A program made the translations under genes and the position numbers. A stretch of DNA of 39,762 nt, from assembly GCA_046596055.1 (NCBI GenBank), contig JBKJNH010000212.1:1-39762 (forward strand), in the 5' to 3' direction. How positions within the stretch are numbered: position 1 is the first letter of the stretch; each line of letters opens with the position of its first letter. Positions 8,085 to 17,063 of the stretch are shown here, in pieces. Below the pieces are notes generated by a model. That model was not told the DNA's origin. It made no database searches and worked only from the letters and a program-made list of their open reading frames with translations. This DNA comes from Candidatus Eiseniibacteriota bacterium. GTDB taxonomy: Bacteria > Eisenbacteria > RBG-16-71-46 > DASYSL01.

Positions 8085-10141
8085 CGATCTCGACCGCTCT
8101 GACCCCACACGTCGGACGCGAGATCCTGTCCGACTTCGAGCGCGCCTCGCGCCTCGAGTGGCTGGTCACCAACGGGCGCGGCGGCTACGCCGCGGGCTCG
8201 GCCGTGGGGGCGGCGACACGCCGCTACCACGGCCTTCTCGTTTCCGCGGTGCAACCCCCCACGGACCGCGTCGTCACCGTCACGCACCTCGAGGAGACGC
8301 TGCAGACGCGCGACGGCACGGTCGCGCTGTCGAGCCACCAATGGCCCGGTGCGGTCTCGCCGTCGGGGCACCTGAACCTCGAGTTCTTCACCGTCGATCG
8401 TCGCCCGACGTGGCGCTGGCGCGTCGGCGCGCACGTGCTCGAGAAGTCGCTGTTCATGATGCACGGTCGCGAGACGACGCTGATCGAGTACCGGCTGCTC
8501 GACGGTCCGGCCTGCGAGCTCGACCTGCGCCCGTTCGTCGTCATGCGCGACCATCACAACCTGATCCGCGAGAACCGCGCCTTCCGCACCACCGCCGACG
8601 TGCTCGACGGTCGCGTGCACCTGCGTCCCGCGATCGACCTGCCGGCGCTGTGGCTGTGCCCGAGCGCGGGGCGCTTCCTGCCGTGGCCGGTGTGGTACCA
8701 GAACTTCGAGTATGCGTTCGAGCTCGAGCGCGGGCTCGAGTTCCGCGAGGACGCGATGTCGCCGGGACCATTCGCGGTGTCGCTCGAGCCCGGGGGGCGC
8801 TTCGTGCTCGCGCTGTCGACCGAGGCCGAGGGCGATGCCTTCGTGCCCCCTGCTGGCGCCGGGCTCGAGCGCTTCACCGACTCGGCATGGGAGGTCGAGA
8901 ACGCGCGGCTCGAGGCCATCGAGCGCGCGCCCGCCCGGGTGCGCGGTGCGGACCGTGGGGGAGCCGCTGCCGGCGAGCGCCGCCTGCCCGCCGGCGCGCT
9001 CGCGCTCCTGGCGCGCGCCGCAGACCAGTTCCTCGTCGAGGGCGTGCACGGCCCGACCGTGATTGCCGGCTACCCGTGGTTCACCGACTGGGGCCGGGAT
9101 TCGATGATCGCGCTGCCCGGACTGCTCAGCGCGACCGGTCGCCTCGATGCCGCGCGCGGCATCCTCGGCACCTTCGCGCCGTTCATCGCCGACGGGATGT
9201 TGCCCAATCGCTTCGCCGAGGGGCAGGGCGGCGAGCCCGAGTACGGCGCGATCGACGCTGCGCTGTGGTTCGCCGTCGCTGCCGATGCCTACCTTGCCCA
9301 GTCCGACGACGACGCGTTCCTCGACGCGGTTCTCGCGCCCGCGCTCGAGGCGATCCTCGAGGGCTATGCGGCCGGCTCGCGCTTCGGCATCGGCGTCGCC
9401 CCCGACGGGCTGATCGTGGGCGGCGAGGACGGTTTTGCGCTCACCTGGATGGACGCGAAGATCGACGGCCGCGCGGTCACGCCGCGCCGTGGCAAGGCGG
9501 TCGAGATCAACGCCCTGTGGCACAACGCCTGGGACACCCGGGCGCGCTGGTGCGACCGCCGCGGCCGCGCCGCCGAGGCGCGTGCCGCCCGCGATCGCAC
9601 GGCCGCCATTCGCGCCGCATTCGCCGCCGCGTTCTGGAGCCCCGCGCTGGGCTGGCTCGCGGACGTGGTCGACGGACTGGGCCCCGACCCCGCGCTGCGC
9701 CCCAACCAGCTCTACGCGATCGGACTGCCTGCGCCGTGCGTCGACGGCGCGATCGCAGCGCGCGTGCTCGACGCGGTCGAGCGGCGATTGCTCGCGCCGC
9801 ACGGGCTGCGCACTCTCGCCCCCGGCGACACCGCCTACCGGCCGTTCTACACCGGCGCCCCGTCCGTGCGCGACGAGGGCTATCACAACGGCGTGGTCTG
9901 GCCCTTCCTGCTCGGCCCGTATCTCAACGCGCACTTCCGTGTACGCGGCCGCTCGGCCGAGACGCGTGACCACGCGCGCCGCGTCGTCGCGCCCCTGGTG
10001 CATCACCTGGCGCACGACGGCTGCCTCGGATCGATCTCGGAGGTGTTCGACGGCGACGCGCCGTTCACGCCGCGCGGCTGCTTCGCGCAGGCCTGGAGTG
10101 TGGCCGAGCTGGCCCGGGTGTGGATCGAGGAAGGGCTCTAG
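8081..10141 (+). CDS. Glycogen debranching enzyme (amylo-alpha-1,6-glucosidase, GDE_N + GDE_C type)
   Basis: EWLVTNGRGGYA, TRRYHGLL, IAGYPWFTDWGRDSMI, LTWMDAK, RPNQL, YHNGVVWP and GCFAQAWSVAE; start probably CTG 8081. Confidence 0.9.
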   Translation: MTISTALTPHVGREILSDFERASRLEWLVTNGRGGYAAGSAVGAATRRYHGLLVSAVQPPTDRVVTVTHLEETLQTRDGTVALSSHQWPGAVSPSGHLNLEFFTVDRRPTWRWRVGAHVLEKSLFMMHGRETTLIEYRLLDGPACELDLRPFVVMRDHHNLIRENRAFRTTADVLDGRVHLRPAIDLPALWLCPSAGRFLPWPVWYQNFEYAFELERGLEFREDAMSPGPFAVSLEPGGRFVLALSTEAEGDAFVPPAGAGLERFTDSAWEVENARLEAIERAPARVRGADRGGAAAGERRLPAGALALLARAADQFLVEGVHGPTVIAGYPWFTDWGRDSMIALPGLLSATGRLDAARGILGTFAPFIADGMLPNRFAEGQGGEPEYGAIDAALWFAVAADAYLAQSDDDAFLDAVLAPALEAILEGYAAGSRFGIGVAPDGLIVGGEDGFALTWMDAKIDGRAVTPRRGKAVEINALWHNAWDTRARWCDRRGRAAEARAARDRTAAIRAAFAAAFWSPALGWLADVVDGLGPDPALRPNQLYAIGLPAPCVDGAIAARVLDAVERRLLAPHGLRTLAPGDTAYRPFYTGAPSVRDEGYHNGVVWPFLLGPYLNAHFRVRGRSAETRDHARRVVAPLVHHLAHDGCLGSISEVFDGDAPFTPRGCFAQAWSVAELARVWIEEGL

Positions 10142-10154
10142 CCCGCGCCCGCGC

Positions 10155-10949
10155 TCAGAACTGCCGGCGCAGCCACATCCCGAGCGGCTGGTCCGCGGCG
10201 GTCAGGATCTTCACCGTCGTCGCCAGCGCCATGAGCACGAGCAGCGGCCGGATGAGCTTTGCACCCCACGTGATCGCCGCGCGCGAGCCCAGCCACGCGC
10301 CCAGCACCTGGCCCGCGACCATCACGAGCCCCGCCGTCCACACGATCTGCCCGCCGAAGAGGAAGACGCCGAAGGCCGCGCCGTTGCTCGCCACGTTGAG
10401 GAGGCGCGCGTGCGCGGTGGCGCGGCGCAGGCCCAGGCCGAGCAGGCCCACCAGCGCAAGCGTGAAGAACGAGCCCGCTCCCGGCCCGAAGAAGCCGTCG
10501 TAGAAGCCGATCGCGGTCACCGGCAGGAGCGCGAACCAGGTCATCGACATCCGCGGCGGAGTCTCGTGATCGGCGACGCGGGGCGAGAACAGGAAGTAGA
10601 GCGAGGCGCCGACCAGCAGCACGGGAATGATCGCCCGCGCGACTCCGGGATCGACCGCGCTCACCGCCAGCGCACCGGCAAGGCCGCTGAGCGCCGCCGT
10701 GGCGACCGCCGGGGCGAACGTGCGCATCTCGAGGTGGCCCGCCCGGCCGAACGTCAGCGTCGCGGCGAGAGCGCCGGCGAAGCCCTGCAGCTTGTTGGTG
10801 GCCAGGGCGGGAACGGGTGGAAGCCCCGCCCACAGGAGGGCCGGGATGGTCACCAGCCCGCCGCCGCCGGCCACGGCGTCGACGAATCCGGCGGTCATGG
10901 CCGCGAGAAACAGGAGTCCGAGCGTTTCGGGAGTCACGTCGAGCGCCAC
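10155..10949 (-). CDS. TSUP/TauE-SafE family membrane transporter (YfcA-like)
   Basis: AGFVDAVAGGGGL, ALATNKLQ, IGFYDGFFGPGAGSF; start is GTG at 10949 or 10937. Confidence 0.9.
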   Translation of the reverse strand: MALDVTPETLGLLFLAAMTAGFVDAVAGGGGLVTIPALLWAGLPPVPALATNKLQGFAGALAATLTFGRAGHLEMRTFAPAVATAALSGLAGALAVSAVDPGVARAIIPVLLVGASLYFLFSPRVADHETPPRMSMTWFALLPVTAIGFYDGFFGPGAGSFFTLALVGLLGLGLRRATAHARLLNVASNGAAFGVFLFGGQIVWTAGLVMVAGQVLGAWLGSRAAITWGAKLIRPLLVLMALATTVKILTAADQPLGMWLRRQF

Positions 10950-11059
10950 CGTACAGCGGTCGGCGACGGGGCGCCACCGCGACGACACGAGGCTTCGACG
11001 GCACGATGCCTGCGAGGTCGGCGTCGCGCGGACCCCGTCTCTCGGCTAGAATGCGGCCC

Positions 11060-11077
11060 ATGCAGGTCACCCCGTGA
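11060..11077 (+). other. Five-codon leaderless upstream ORF (MQVTP*) overlapping the rfbF start
   Basis: TAGAAT (11047-11052), 7 nt, then ATG CAG GTC ACC CCG TGA; the TGA overlaps the rfbF GTG as GTGA. Confidence 0.4.
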
Positions 11078-11847
11078 AAGTCATCCTCCTCGCCGGCGGT
11101 CTGGGCACGCGACTGGCCGAAGAGACCTCCGTGCGCCCCAAGCCCATGGTCGAGATCGGCGGCCAGCCCATTCTCTGGCACATCATGAAGGGCTATGCGC
11201 ACCGCGGCTTCTCCGAGTTCATCGTCGCCCTGGGCTACCGGGGCGACGTGATCAAGGAGTGGTTCCTCCACCAGAACGAGCGGATGAACGACCTGACCGT
11301 CGACCTGGCGAAGGGCGTGACCACCGTGCACTCCTCCCGCCAGCCGGGCTGGCGCGTGCACCTGGTCGACACGGGCGCCGAGACGATGACCGGAGGCCGC
11401 ATCCGCCGGCTGCGCCCGTGGATCGGCGACGAGCCGTTCATGGCCACCTATGGCGACGGCGTCAGCGACGTCGACCCGGCCGCGCTGCTCGCCTTTCACC
11501 GAAAGCACGGCAAGCTCGCGACGGTGACCGGCGTCCATCCGCCGACGCGCTTCGGCCTGCTCGGCCTGACCGGCGACCAGGTGACGCACTTCGACGAGAA
11601 GCCGGCGGGCGCCGAGGGCTGGGTCAACGGCGGCTTCTTCGTGTTCGAGCCCGGCGTATTCGACGTGATCGAGGGCGATCACGAGCCGCTGGAGCGCGGC
11701 CCGATGGAACGGCTGACCAAGAGCGGCCAGCTCATGGCGTACCGGCACGAGGGCTTCTGGCAGCCCATGGACACGCTCCGCGAGAAGCAGGAGCTGGAGC
11801 GGCTGTGGGCGAGCGGCAGTGCGCCGTGGAAGGTCTGGGAGTCGTGA
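11074..11847 (+). CDS. rfbF: Glucose-1-phosphate cytidylyltransferase
   Basis: LAGGLGTRLAEET, PKPMVEIGG, VDTGAETMTGGR, TYGDGVSD and FWQPMDTLREK. Confidence 0.92.
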   Translation: MKVILLAGGLGTRLAEETSVRPKPMVEIGGQPILWHIMKGYAHRGFSEFIVALGYRGDVIKEWFLHQNERMNDLTVDLAKGVTTVHSSRQPGWRVHLVDTGAETMTGGRIRRLRPWIGDEPFMATYGDGVSDVDPAALLAFHRKHGKLATVTGVHPPTRFGLLGLTGDQVTHFDEKPAGAEGWVNGGFFVFEPGVFDVIEGDHEPLERGPMERLTKSGQLMAYRHEGFWQPMDTLREKQELERLWASGSAPWKVWES

Positions 11848-12884
11848 AGGTCGTCGTCACCGGGAACCTGGGCTACGTCGGCACCGTCCTCACTCCCCTC
11901 CTCGTCGCGCGCGGCCACGAAGTGCGCGGCATCGACACCGGCTACTACGACGACTGCGTGCTCGGCCCCGTCGACAGCACGAGCGTGGCCGAGCAGGTGC
12001 GCCGGGACCTGCGCGCCGTCGAGCGTGCCGACCTGGTCGGCGCCGACGCGATCGTGCACCTGGGCGCGCTGTCGAACGATCCCATCGGCGAACTCGATCC
12101 GAAGCTCACCGCCGACATCAACACCGAGGCCTCGATCCGCCTGGCCCAGCTCGCGCGCGACGCGGGCGTGCGTCGCTTCGTCTTCGCCTCGTCGTGCAGC
12201 ATCTACGGCTCGGGCGGCGGCGGGCAGCTCGACGAGGATTCGCCGATGAACCCGCTCACCGCGTACGCGCGCTCCAAGGTCGACACCGAGGTGGCGCTGC
12301 GGGCGATGGCGGGAGACGGCTTCTCGCCGGTGTTCCTGCGCAACGGCACGGCGTACGGGTACTCGCCGCGCCTGCGCGTCGACATCGTGGTCAACAACCT
12401 GGTCGCCTGGGCGGTCACCACCGGGAAGGTCGCGCTGGCCAGCGATGGCCGCGCCTGGCGCCCGCTCGTGCACGTCGAGGACATGGGCCGGGCGATGATC
12501 GCCGCACTCGAGGCCGACGCGCGCCGCGTGCACGGCGAGGCGTTCAACATCGGGCGCGAGGCCGATAATCGGCAGATCCGCGACGTCGCCAACGCCGTCG
12601 CCGCCGCCGTTCCCGGCAGCGAGGTCACGTTCGCCACGGGCGCGGTCACCGACTCGCGCGACTACAATGTGAGCTTCGCCCGCGTTCGCGCCGCGCTGCC
12701 CTCGTTCAAGCCCCAGTGGTCGGTGGAGTCGGGGATCGTCCAGTTGCGCGACGCCTACCGGAAGTTCGAGCTGAACTACGAGCGATTCGACGGCCGCGAG
12801 TTCACTCGCCTGAAGCAGCTCCTCCACCTGCGCCGCCTGGGGCGGCTGGACGAGGACCTGAGCTGGACCGGCCCCACGGCCTAG
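11844..12884 (+). CDS. NAD-dependent nucleotide-sugar epimerase/dehydratase
   Basis: TGNLGYVG, LGALSNDP, SSCSIYG, YARSK; GTGA overlap with rfbF. Confidence 0.88.
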   Translation: MKVVVTGNLGYVGTVLTPLLVARGHEVRGIDTGYYDDCVLGPVDSTSVAEQVRRDLRAVERADLVGADAIVHLGALSNDPIGELDPKLTADINTEASIRLAQLARDAGVRRFVFASSCSIYGSGGGGQLDEDSPMNPLTAYARSKVDTEVALRAMAGDGFSPVFLRNGTAYGYSPRLRVDIVVNNLVAWAVTTGKVALASDGRAWRPLVHVEDMGRAMIAALEADARRVHGEAFNIGREADNRQIRDVANAVAAAVPGSEVTFATGAVTDSRDYNVSFARVRAALPSFKPQWSVESGIVQLRDAYRKFELNYERFDGREFTRLKQLLHLRRLGRLDEDLSWTGPTA

Positions 12885-12887
12885 GCC

Positions 12888-12910
12888 GATTCCGAACCTG
12901 ATTCCGAACC
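12888..12910 (+). repeat. Short direct repeat GATTCCGAACC x2 (12-bp period)
   Basis: Copies at 12888-12898 and 12900-12910, in the only intergenic gap of the sugar operon. Confidence 0.6.
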
Positions 12911-12923
12911 CCGAGGACTTGCG

Positions 12924-13454
12924 ATGATCTTCACCGAGACTCCGCTCGCCGGCGCGTTCGTGATCGCGCTCGATCCCCGCGACGACGAACGCGGCTTCTT
13001 CGCCCGCGCCTTCTGCCAGAACGAGCTCGCCGAGCACGGCCTGGAAACGACGGTCGCGCAGGCGAACCTGTCTTACAACCACCGGAAGGGCACGTTGCGC
13101 GGGCTGCACATGCAAAACCCGCCGCACGGCGAGGACAAGATGGTGCGCTGCATCACCGGAGCGATCTGGGACGCGATCGTCGACCTGCGCCCCGGCTCGC
13201 CCACGCACCGGCAGTGGTTCGGCGTCGAGCTGTCGGCCGCGAACCGCCTCATGCTCTACGTGCCCAAGGGCTTCGCGCACGGCTACCAGTCGCTGACCGA
13301 CGGCAGCGAGGTCCTCTACATGGTCACGCAGTTCTACACGCCCGGCGCCGAGCGCGGGCTGCGCTGGAACGACCCGGCGTTCGCCATCCCGTGGCCGCTG
13401 CCAGACCCGATCCTTTCCGAGAAGGACGCCGCCGCCCCGGACTTCACGCCGTGA
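12924..13454 (+). CDS. rfbC: dTDP-4-dehydrorhamnose 3,5-epimerase family (RmlC/RfbC cupin)
   Basis: DERGFFAR, GTLRGLH, DLRPGSPT, LYVPKGFAHGYQ, GLRWNDP. Confidence 0.9.
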   Translation: MIFTETPLAGAFVIALDPRDDERGFFARAFCQNELAEHGLETTVAQANLSYNHRKGTLRGLHMQNPPHGEDKMVRCITGAIWDAIVDLRPGSPTHRQWFGVELSAANRLMLYVPKGFAHGYQSLTDGSEVLYMVTQFYTPGAERGLRWNDPAFAIPWPLPDPILSEKDAAAPDFTP

Positions 13455-14365
13455 AGGCGCTCGTCACCGGCGGCACGGGCTTTATCGGCTCGCAGGTCGT
13501 GCGCGCGCTGCTCGCCGCGGGGCACGACGTGCGCGTTGTCGCCCGGGACGGGGCGTCGCGCGCGCGGCTGGCCGATGTCGAGGCGAGGATCGAGTGGGTG
13601 AGTGCGGATGTGTTTGCCGAGCCCGTCGCGGATTTCGCCTCGCTCGCGCGCGGCGTTGATGTCTGCGTGCATTCCGCGTGGTATGCCGTTCCCGGGAAGT
13701 ATCTCGAGGCAGGCGAGAATCTGGCGTGCGTCCAGGGGTCGCTCGCTCTCCTGCACGGGCTCATTTCTGCGCGCGTTCCGCGCGCAGTCTATGTTGGCAC
13801 CTGTTTCGAATACGACTTCGACTTCGGCTGGTTGTCCGAGGACACGCCGACGCGCCCGGCCAGCCTGTATGCCGCCGCCAAGTGCGCGACACGCCTGATG
13901 GCCGAGCCCCTGGCAAGGGCCGGTGGCATCGAGTTCGCGTGGGTGCGCCCGTTCTACCAGTACGGACCGCACGAGGATGCGCGGCGGCTCGTGCCATACG
14001 TCATCGACACGCTGCTGGCGGGCAACGAAGCGGGCGTGACGCACGGCCTGCAGGTGCGCGACTTCCTGCACGTCGCCGACGTCGGGGCGGCCATCTCCGC
14101 GGTCGCGACCACGAAGGGCCTCACGGGCGCAGTGAACATCGGTTCGGGGCGCCCGGTCACGGTTCGCGAAATCGTGTCCACGATCGCCGACGAGATCGGC
14201 TGCGCGGAGAAGGTGAAGTTCGGCGCGCGGCCCGACAACCCGACCGATCCCCCGTTCATCTGCGCCGACACGCGTCGCCTTGTCGAGGCCACCGGGTTCG
14301 CGCCGCACTTCGACCTGAGGAGCGGCCTCGCCGACACGATCGCCTGGCGGCGCGCCCACCCGTGA
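13451..14365 (+). CDS. NAD-dependent epimerase/reductase (RfbJ/CDP-deoxysugar reductase-like)
   Basis: TGGTGFIG, GTCFEY, YAAAK, QVRDFLHVAD; GTGA overlap. Confidence 0.82.
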   Translation: MKALVTGGTGFIGSQVVRALLAAGHDVRVVARDGASRARLADVEARIEWVSADVFAEPVADFASLARGVDVCVHSAWYAVPGKYLEAGENLACVQGSLALLHGLISARVPRAVYVGTCFEYDFDFGWLSEDTPTRPASLYAAAKCATRLMAEPLARAGGIEFAWVRPFYQYGPHEDARRLVPYVIDTLLAGNEAGVTHGLQVRDFLHVADVGAAISAVATTKGLTGAVNIGSGRPVTVREIVSTIADEIGCAEKVKFGARPDNPTDPPFICADTRRLVEATGFAPHFDLRSGLADTIAWRRAHP

Positions 14366-15348
14366 TCACGGTCGGGATCCCGGTCTACAACCGGGCTTCG
14401 CTGGTGAAGATCGCCGTCGAATCGGCGCTGCGCCAGCCCCTGTCGGCCGACGAGCTCGAGATCCTCGTCGTCGACAACGCCTCGACCGACGGAACGTGGG
14501 AGGTGCTGAACGCCTACCGCGATCCGCGGCTCCGGCTGGTGCGCAACGATCGCAACCTGGGGCTATTCGGCAATTTCAATCGCTGCATCTTCCTCGCCCG
14601 TGGTGAGTCCGTGCTCACGCTGTGTTCCGACGACACGCTCGCCGACGGCTTCCTCGAGCCGGCACGGCGGCTGCTCGCAGCGCGACCGGACGTCGCGATC
14701 GTCAGCTCGCGCGGTCGCGCCACCGACGAGGTGAACGGCAAGTCCTTCGCCCTGGGCAGCACGATTCCGGCGGGCGTGTACGGGCCGCAGGATGCGATCG
14801 TCGTCGCCCTGTGGGCGCTGGCCACGTACTACCACAACCCGTTCAACTATCCGTCGGGATTGCTGGTGCGCACCGCCGTGGCGCAGGCGAAGGGCGGAAT
14901 GGACGAGACGCTGGGCTTCGCCTCGGACGTGAAACTCTACCTGTCGATGCTCGAGGACGGCGCCCTCGCGATCCTCGACCGTCCGGGTTGCGCGGTGCTG
15001 GTGCATACCGGCGCGCAGGCGCTCAAGTCCTTCAAGGATCCGCGCTGGGTGCGCGAGTTCGTCGCGCTGTTCGATCCGCACGCGGCGTTGCTCCGCGCGC
15101 GCGGGCTCGACGAATATGCGCGCTCCCACCTGGGTGGCTACCTGCTGGGGACGACCGTGCGCCGCCGCGCGCGCGGCGAGAGGCTCATCGCGGAGAACTT
15201 CCACTCCGAGTTCCGCCGCCGTGGGTATCCGCTCCTGCCCTCGCTCGTCGGCCTGGCCGACAGCCTGCAGAAGCGCGCCCGCCTGCGGCGCGAGGGGCCG
15301 GCCGCGAGCCCGGTCCCCGTCCAGCCGCAACCGCTGCCGCCGTCCTAG
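14362..15348 (+). CDS. Family 2 glycosyltransferase
   Basis: ITVGIPVYN, LVVDNASTDGT, NLGLFGNFN, CSDD; GTGA overlap. Confidence 0.88.
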   Translation: MITVGIPVYNRASLVKIAVESALRQPLSADELEILVVDNASTDGTWEVLNAYRDPRLRLVRNDRNLGLFGNFNRCIFLARGESVLTLCSDDTLADGFLEPARRLLAARPDVAIVSSRGRATDEVNGKSFALGSTIPAGVYGPQDAIVVALWALATYYHNPFNYPSGLLVRTAVAQAKGGMDETLGFASDVKLYLSMLEDGALAILDRPGCAVLVHTGAQALKSFKDPRWVREFVALFDPHAALLRARGLDEYARSHLGGYLLGTTVRRRARGERLIAENFHSEFRRRGYPLLPSLVGLADSLQKRARLRREGPAASPVPVQPQPLPPS

Positions 15349-15737
15349 GCGTCACACTCTCCCGGCTCGACATCGATCGCGAACGAGCACGTGCTGCACG
15401 TCGTGCGCACGTTCCTGCCGAACGGGCCCTTCGCCTCGAACGTGCGTGGCTCGACACAGCGTGGGCAGGTCCCGGACAGCGCGACGATCGACGCCTGTTC
15501 GCGCAGGCGCCGCGTGGCGAAGATCGGTGCGGCGATCAGGAAGCCCGGGACGAGAACGAAGTGGGCGATGGGCAGGAGCACGGAGACGGCGGCGAGCAGG
15601 ACGCACACGCCGGCCGCGCGCAGGGCGCGCCCGCCGCGCTCCGCGGCATCCCGCGTGCGGATGCGGGCCGTCCCGCCCTGCCGCGGCATGCCGAAGATGT
15701 GGAGCCGAACCGGAACGTCGTGTTCGCTCGAGGCCAT
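15345..15737 (-). CDS. Hypothetical two-TM membrane protein with a C-terminal CxxC...CxxC zinc ribbon
   Basis: Hydrophobic hairpin VCVLLAAVSVLLPIAHFVLVPGFLIAAPIF, then CPRC and CSTC; SD GGAGG. Confidence 0.7.
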   Translation of the reverse strand: MASSEHDVPVRLHIFGMPRQGGTARIRTRDAAERGGRALRAAGVCVLLAAVSVLLPIAHFVLVPGFLIAAPIFATRRLREQASIVALSGTCPRCVEPRTFEAKGPFGRNVRTTCSTCSFAIDVEPGECDA

Positions 15738-15768
15738 CGCTTCCTCCGCGCTCCCGACCTCCCCTCGC

Positions 15769-17007
15769 TCAGGATGCGCCCGCGGGCCCGCGCGGTGCAA
15801 CCGTCGGCGCCACGCGTGTCACCCGGAGGGCGAGCAACGCGCCCGCCCCCAGCATCGCCGCGGCGAGCAGGAACGGCGCGCCGGGCAGTGGCAACGGCGC
15901 GCTCCGCCCGATGAAGCCCACGAACACGGCGGTGAAGATGGGCGGCCCGATCATTCCCGTGATGCCCATCAGGCTGCCGTTGATCCCCTGCAGCCGGCCT
16001 TGTTCGGTCGCGTCGACGCGGCGCGTCATCAGGCTCTGCATCGACGGCCCGTTGAGTCCGATCAACGCGAACACGGGGATCCCCGCCCAGAACCACGGGG
16101 CGCTCGGCGCCAGCCCGTAGACGACCATGCCGAACGCGCCGCACAGGAGCCCGGTGACGAGCGCGCGCCGCTCGCCGATCGCACCCACGATGCGGCGCAC
16201 CAGCACGCCCTGGACGAGGATGCTGCACACGCCGACCGCCCCGAGCGTCAGGCCCACCGTCGTCGCCGTCCAACCGTAGCGATAGCCGGTGTAGAGCACG
16301 AACACGGTGTTCAGCACCTGGTGGGCGAGCCAGTACAGGAAGCTCACGCCGACCAGGCCCGTGAGCCCCGGGCGCGTGCGCAGCAGCCCGAGGCCGCCCA
16401 GCGGATTGGCCCGCGCAAAGGACACCGGCGCCCGCCGATCGGCCGGCAGCGACTCGGGGAGCACGAACAATCCGTAGGCGGCGTTCGCCAGCGTCAGCCC
16501 GCCGGCGACCCAGAACGGCAGGCGAACGTCGATGCCGCCGAGCACGCCCCCCAGCGCCGGCCCCAGCACGAAGCCCAGGCCCCACGCCGCGCCGATGCGC
16601 CCGAAGGCAGCCGCGCGATGCTCGGGCGCCGTGATGTCCGCGACGTACGCGGCGGCGGTCGTCCAGCTCGCGCCGCAGATCCCCGACAGCACGCGCCCGA
16701 CGAACAGCCACGCCAGGTTCGGCGCCAGCGCCATGAGTGCGTAGTCGAAGGCCAGCCCGAAGTTCGACAGCAGGATCACCGGCCGCCGACCGAAGCGATC
16801 GGACAGCGCCCCGAGCAGCGGCGAGCAGACGAACGACATCAGCGCCCACACGCTGGCGAACAGGCCGTAGATGCCGGCCGCGCGGGCGGTGTCGCCGGAG
16901 ACGAAGGCTTCGACGAGCTTGGGCAGCACCGGGATGACGATGCCCAGGGCGAGCACGTCGAGCACGACGGTGATGAAGATGAAGACCAGCGAGGGCTTGC
17001 GCTTCAC
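15769..17007 (-). CDS. MFS drug:H+ antiporter, TCR/Tet family
   Basis: LDVLALGIVIPVLP, motif A GALSDRFGRRP, antiporter motif GLGFVLGPALGG, LPESL. Confidence 0.9.
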   Translation of the reverse strand: MKRKPSLVFIFITVVLDVLALGIVIPVLPKLVEAFVSGDTARAAGIYGLFASVWALMSFVCSPLLGALSDRFGRRPVILLSNFGLAFDYALMALAPNLAWLFVGRVLSGICGASWTTAAAYVADITAPEHRAAAFGRIGAAWGLGFVLGPALGGVLGGIDVRLPFWVAGGLTLANAAYGLFVLPESLPADRRAPVSFARANPLGGLGLLRTRPGLTGLVGVSFLYWLAHQVLNTVFVLYTGYRYGWTATTVGLTLGAVGVCSILVQGVLVRRIVGAIGERRALVTGLLCGAFGMVVYGLAPSAPWFWAGIPVFALIGLNGPSMQSLMTRRVDATEQGRLQGINGSLMGITGMIGPPIFTAVFVGFIGRSAPLPLPGAPFLLAAAMLGAGALLALRVTRVAPTVAPRGPAGAS

Positions 17008-17063
17008 TTCTTGAACACGTTCGAGGCGACGAGCAGGAGCGCGGTCTTCGCGACGACGGGCAT
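17004..17063 (-). pseudogene. 19-aa ORF MPVVAKTALLLVASNVFKK, resembling an internally deleted DMT-family (COG3169/DUF486-like) gene or a leader peptide
   Basis: ATG with upstream GGAGG; N-terminus resembles the family start T..LL..SNVFMT; its TGA overlaps the MFS GTG. Confidence 0.55.

Noticed and set aside
9435-11843. N-terminal 800 aa of the 1149-aa ORF (apparent giant epimerase fusion)
   Set aside because: It overlaps GDE, TSUP and rfbF in other frames. Real coding starts at GTG 11844.
15769-17007. Calling the MFS an acquired tetA resistance gene
   Set aside because: There is no tetR, no mobile element and the codon usage is native. Substrate cannot be inferred from family motifs.
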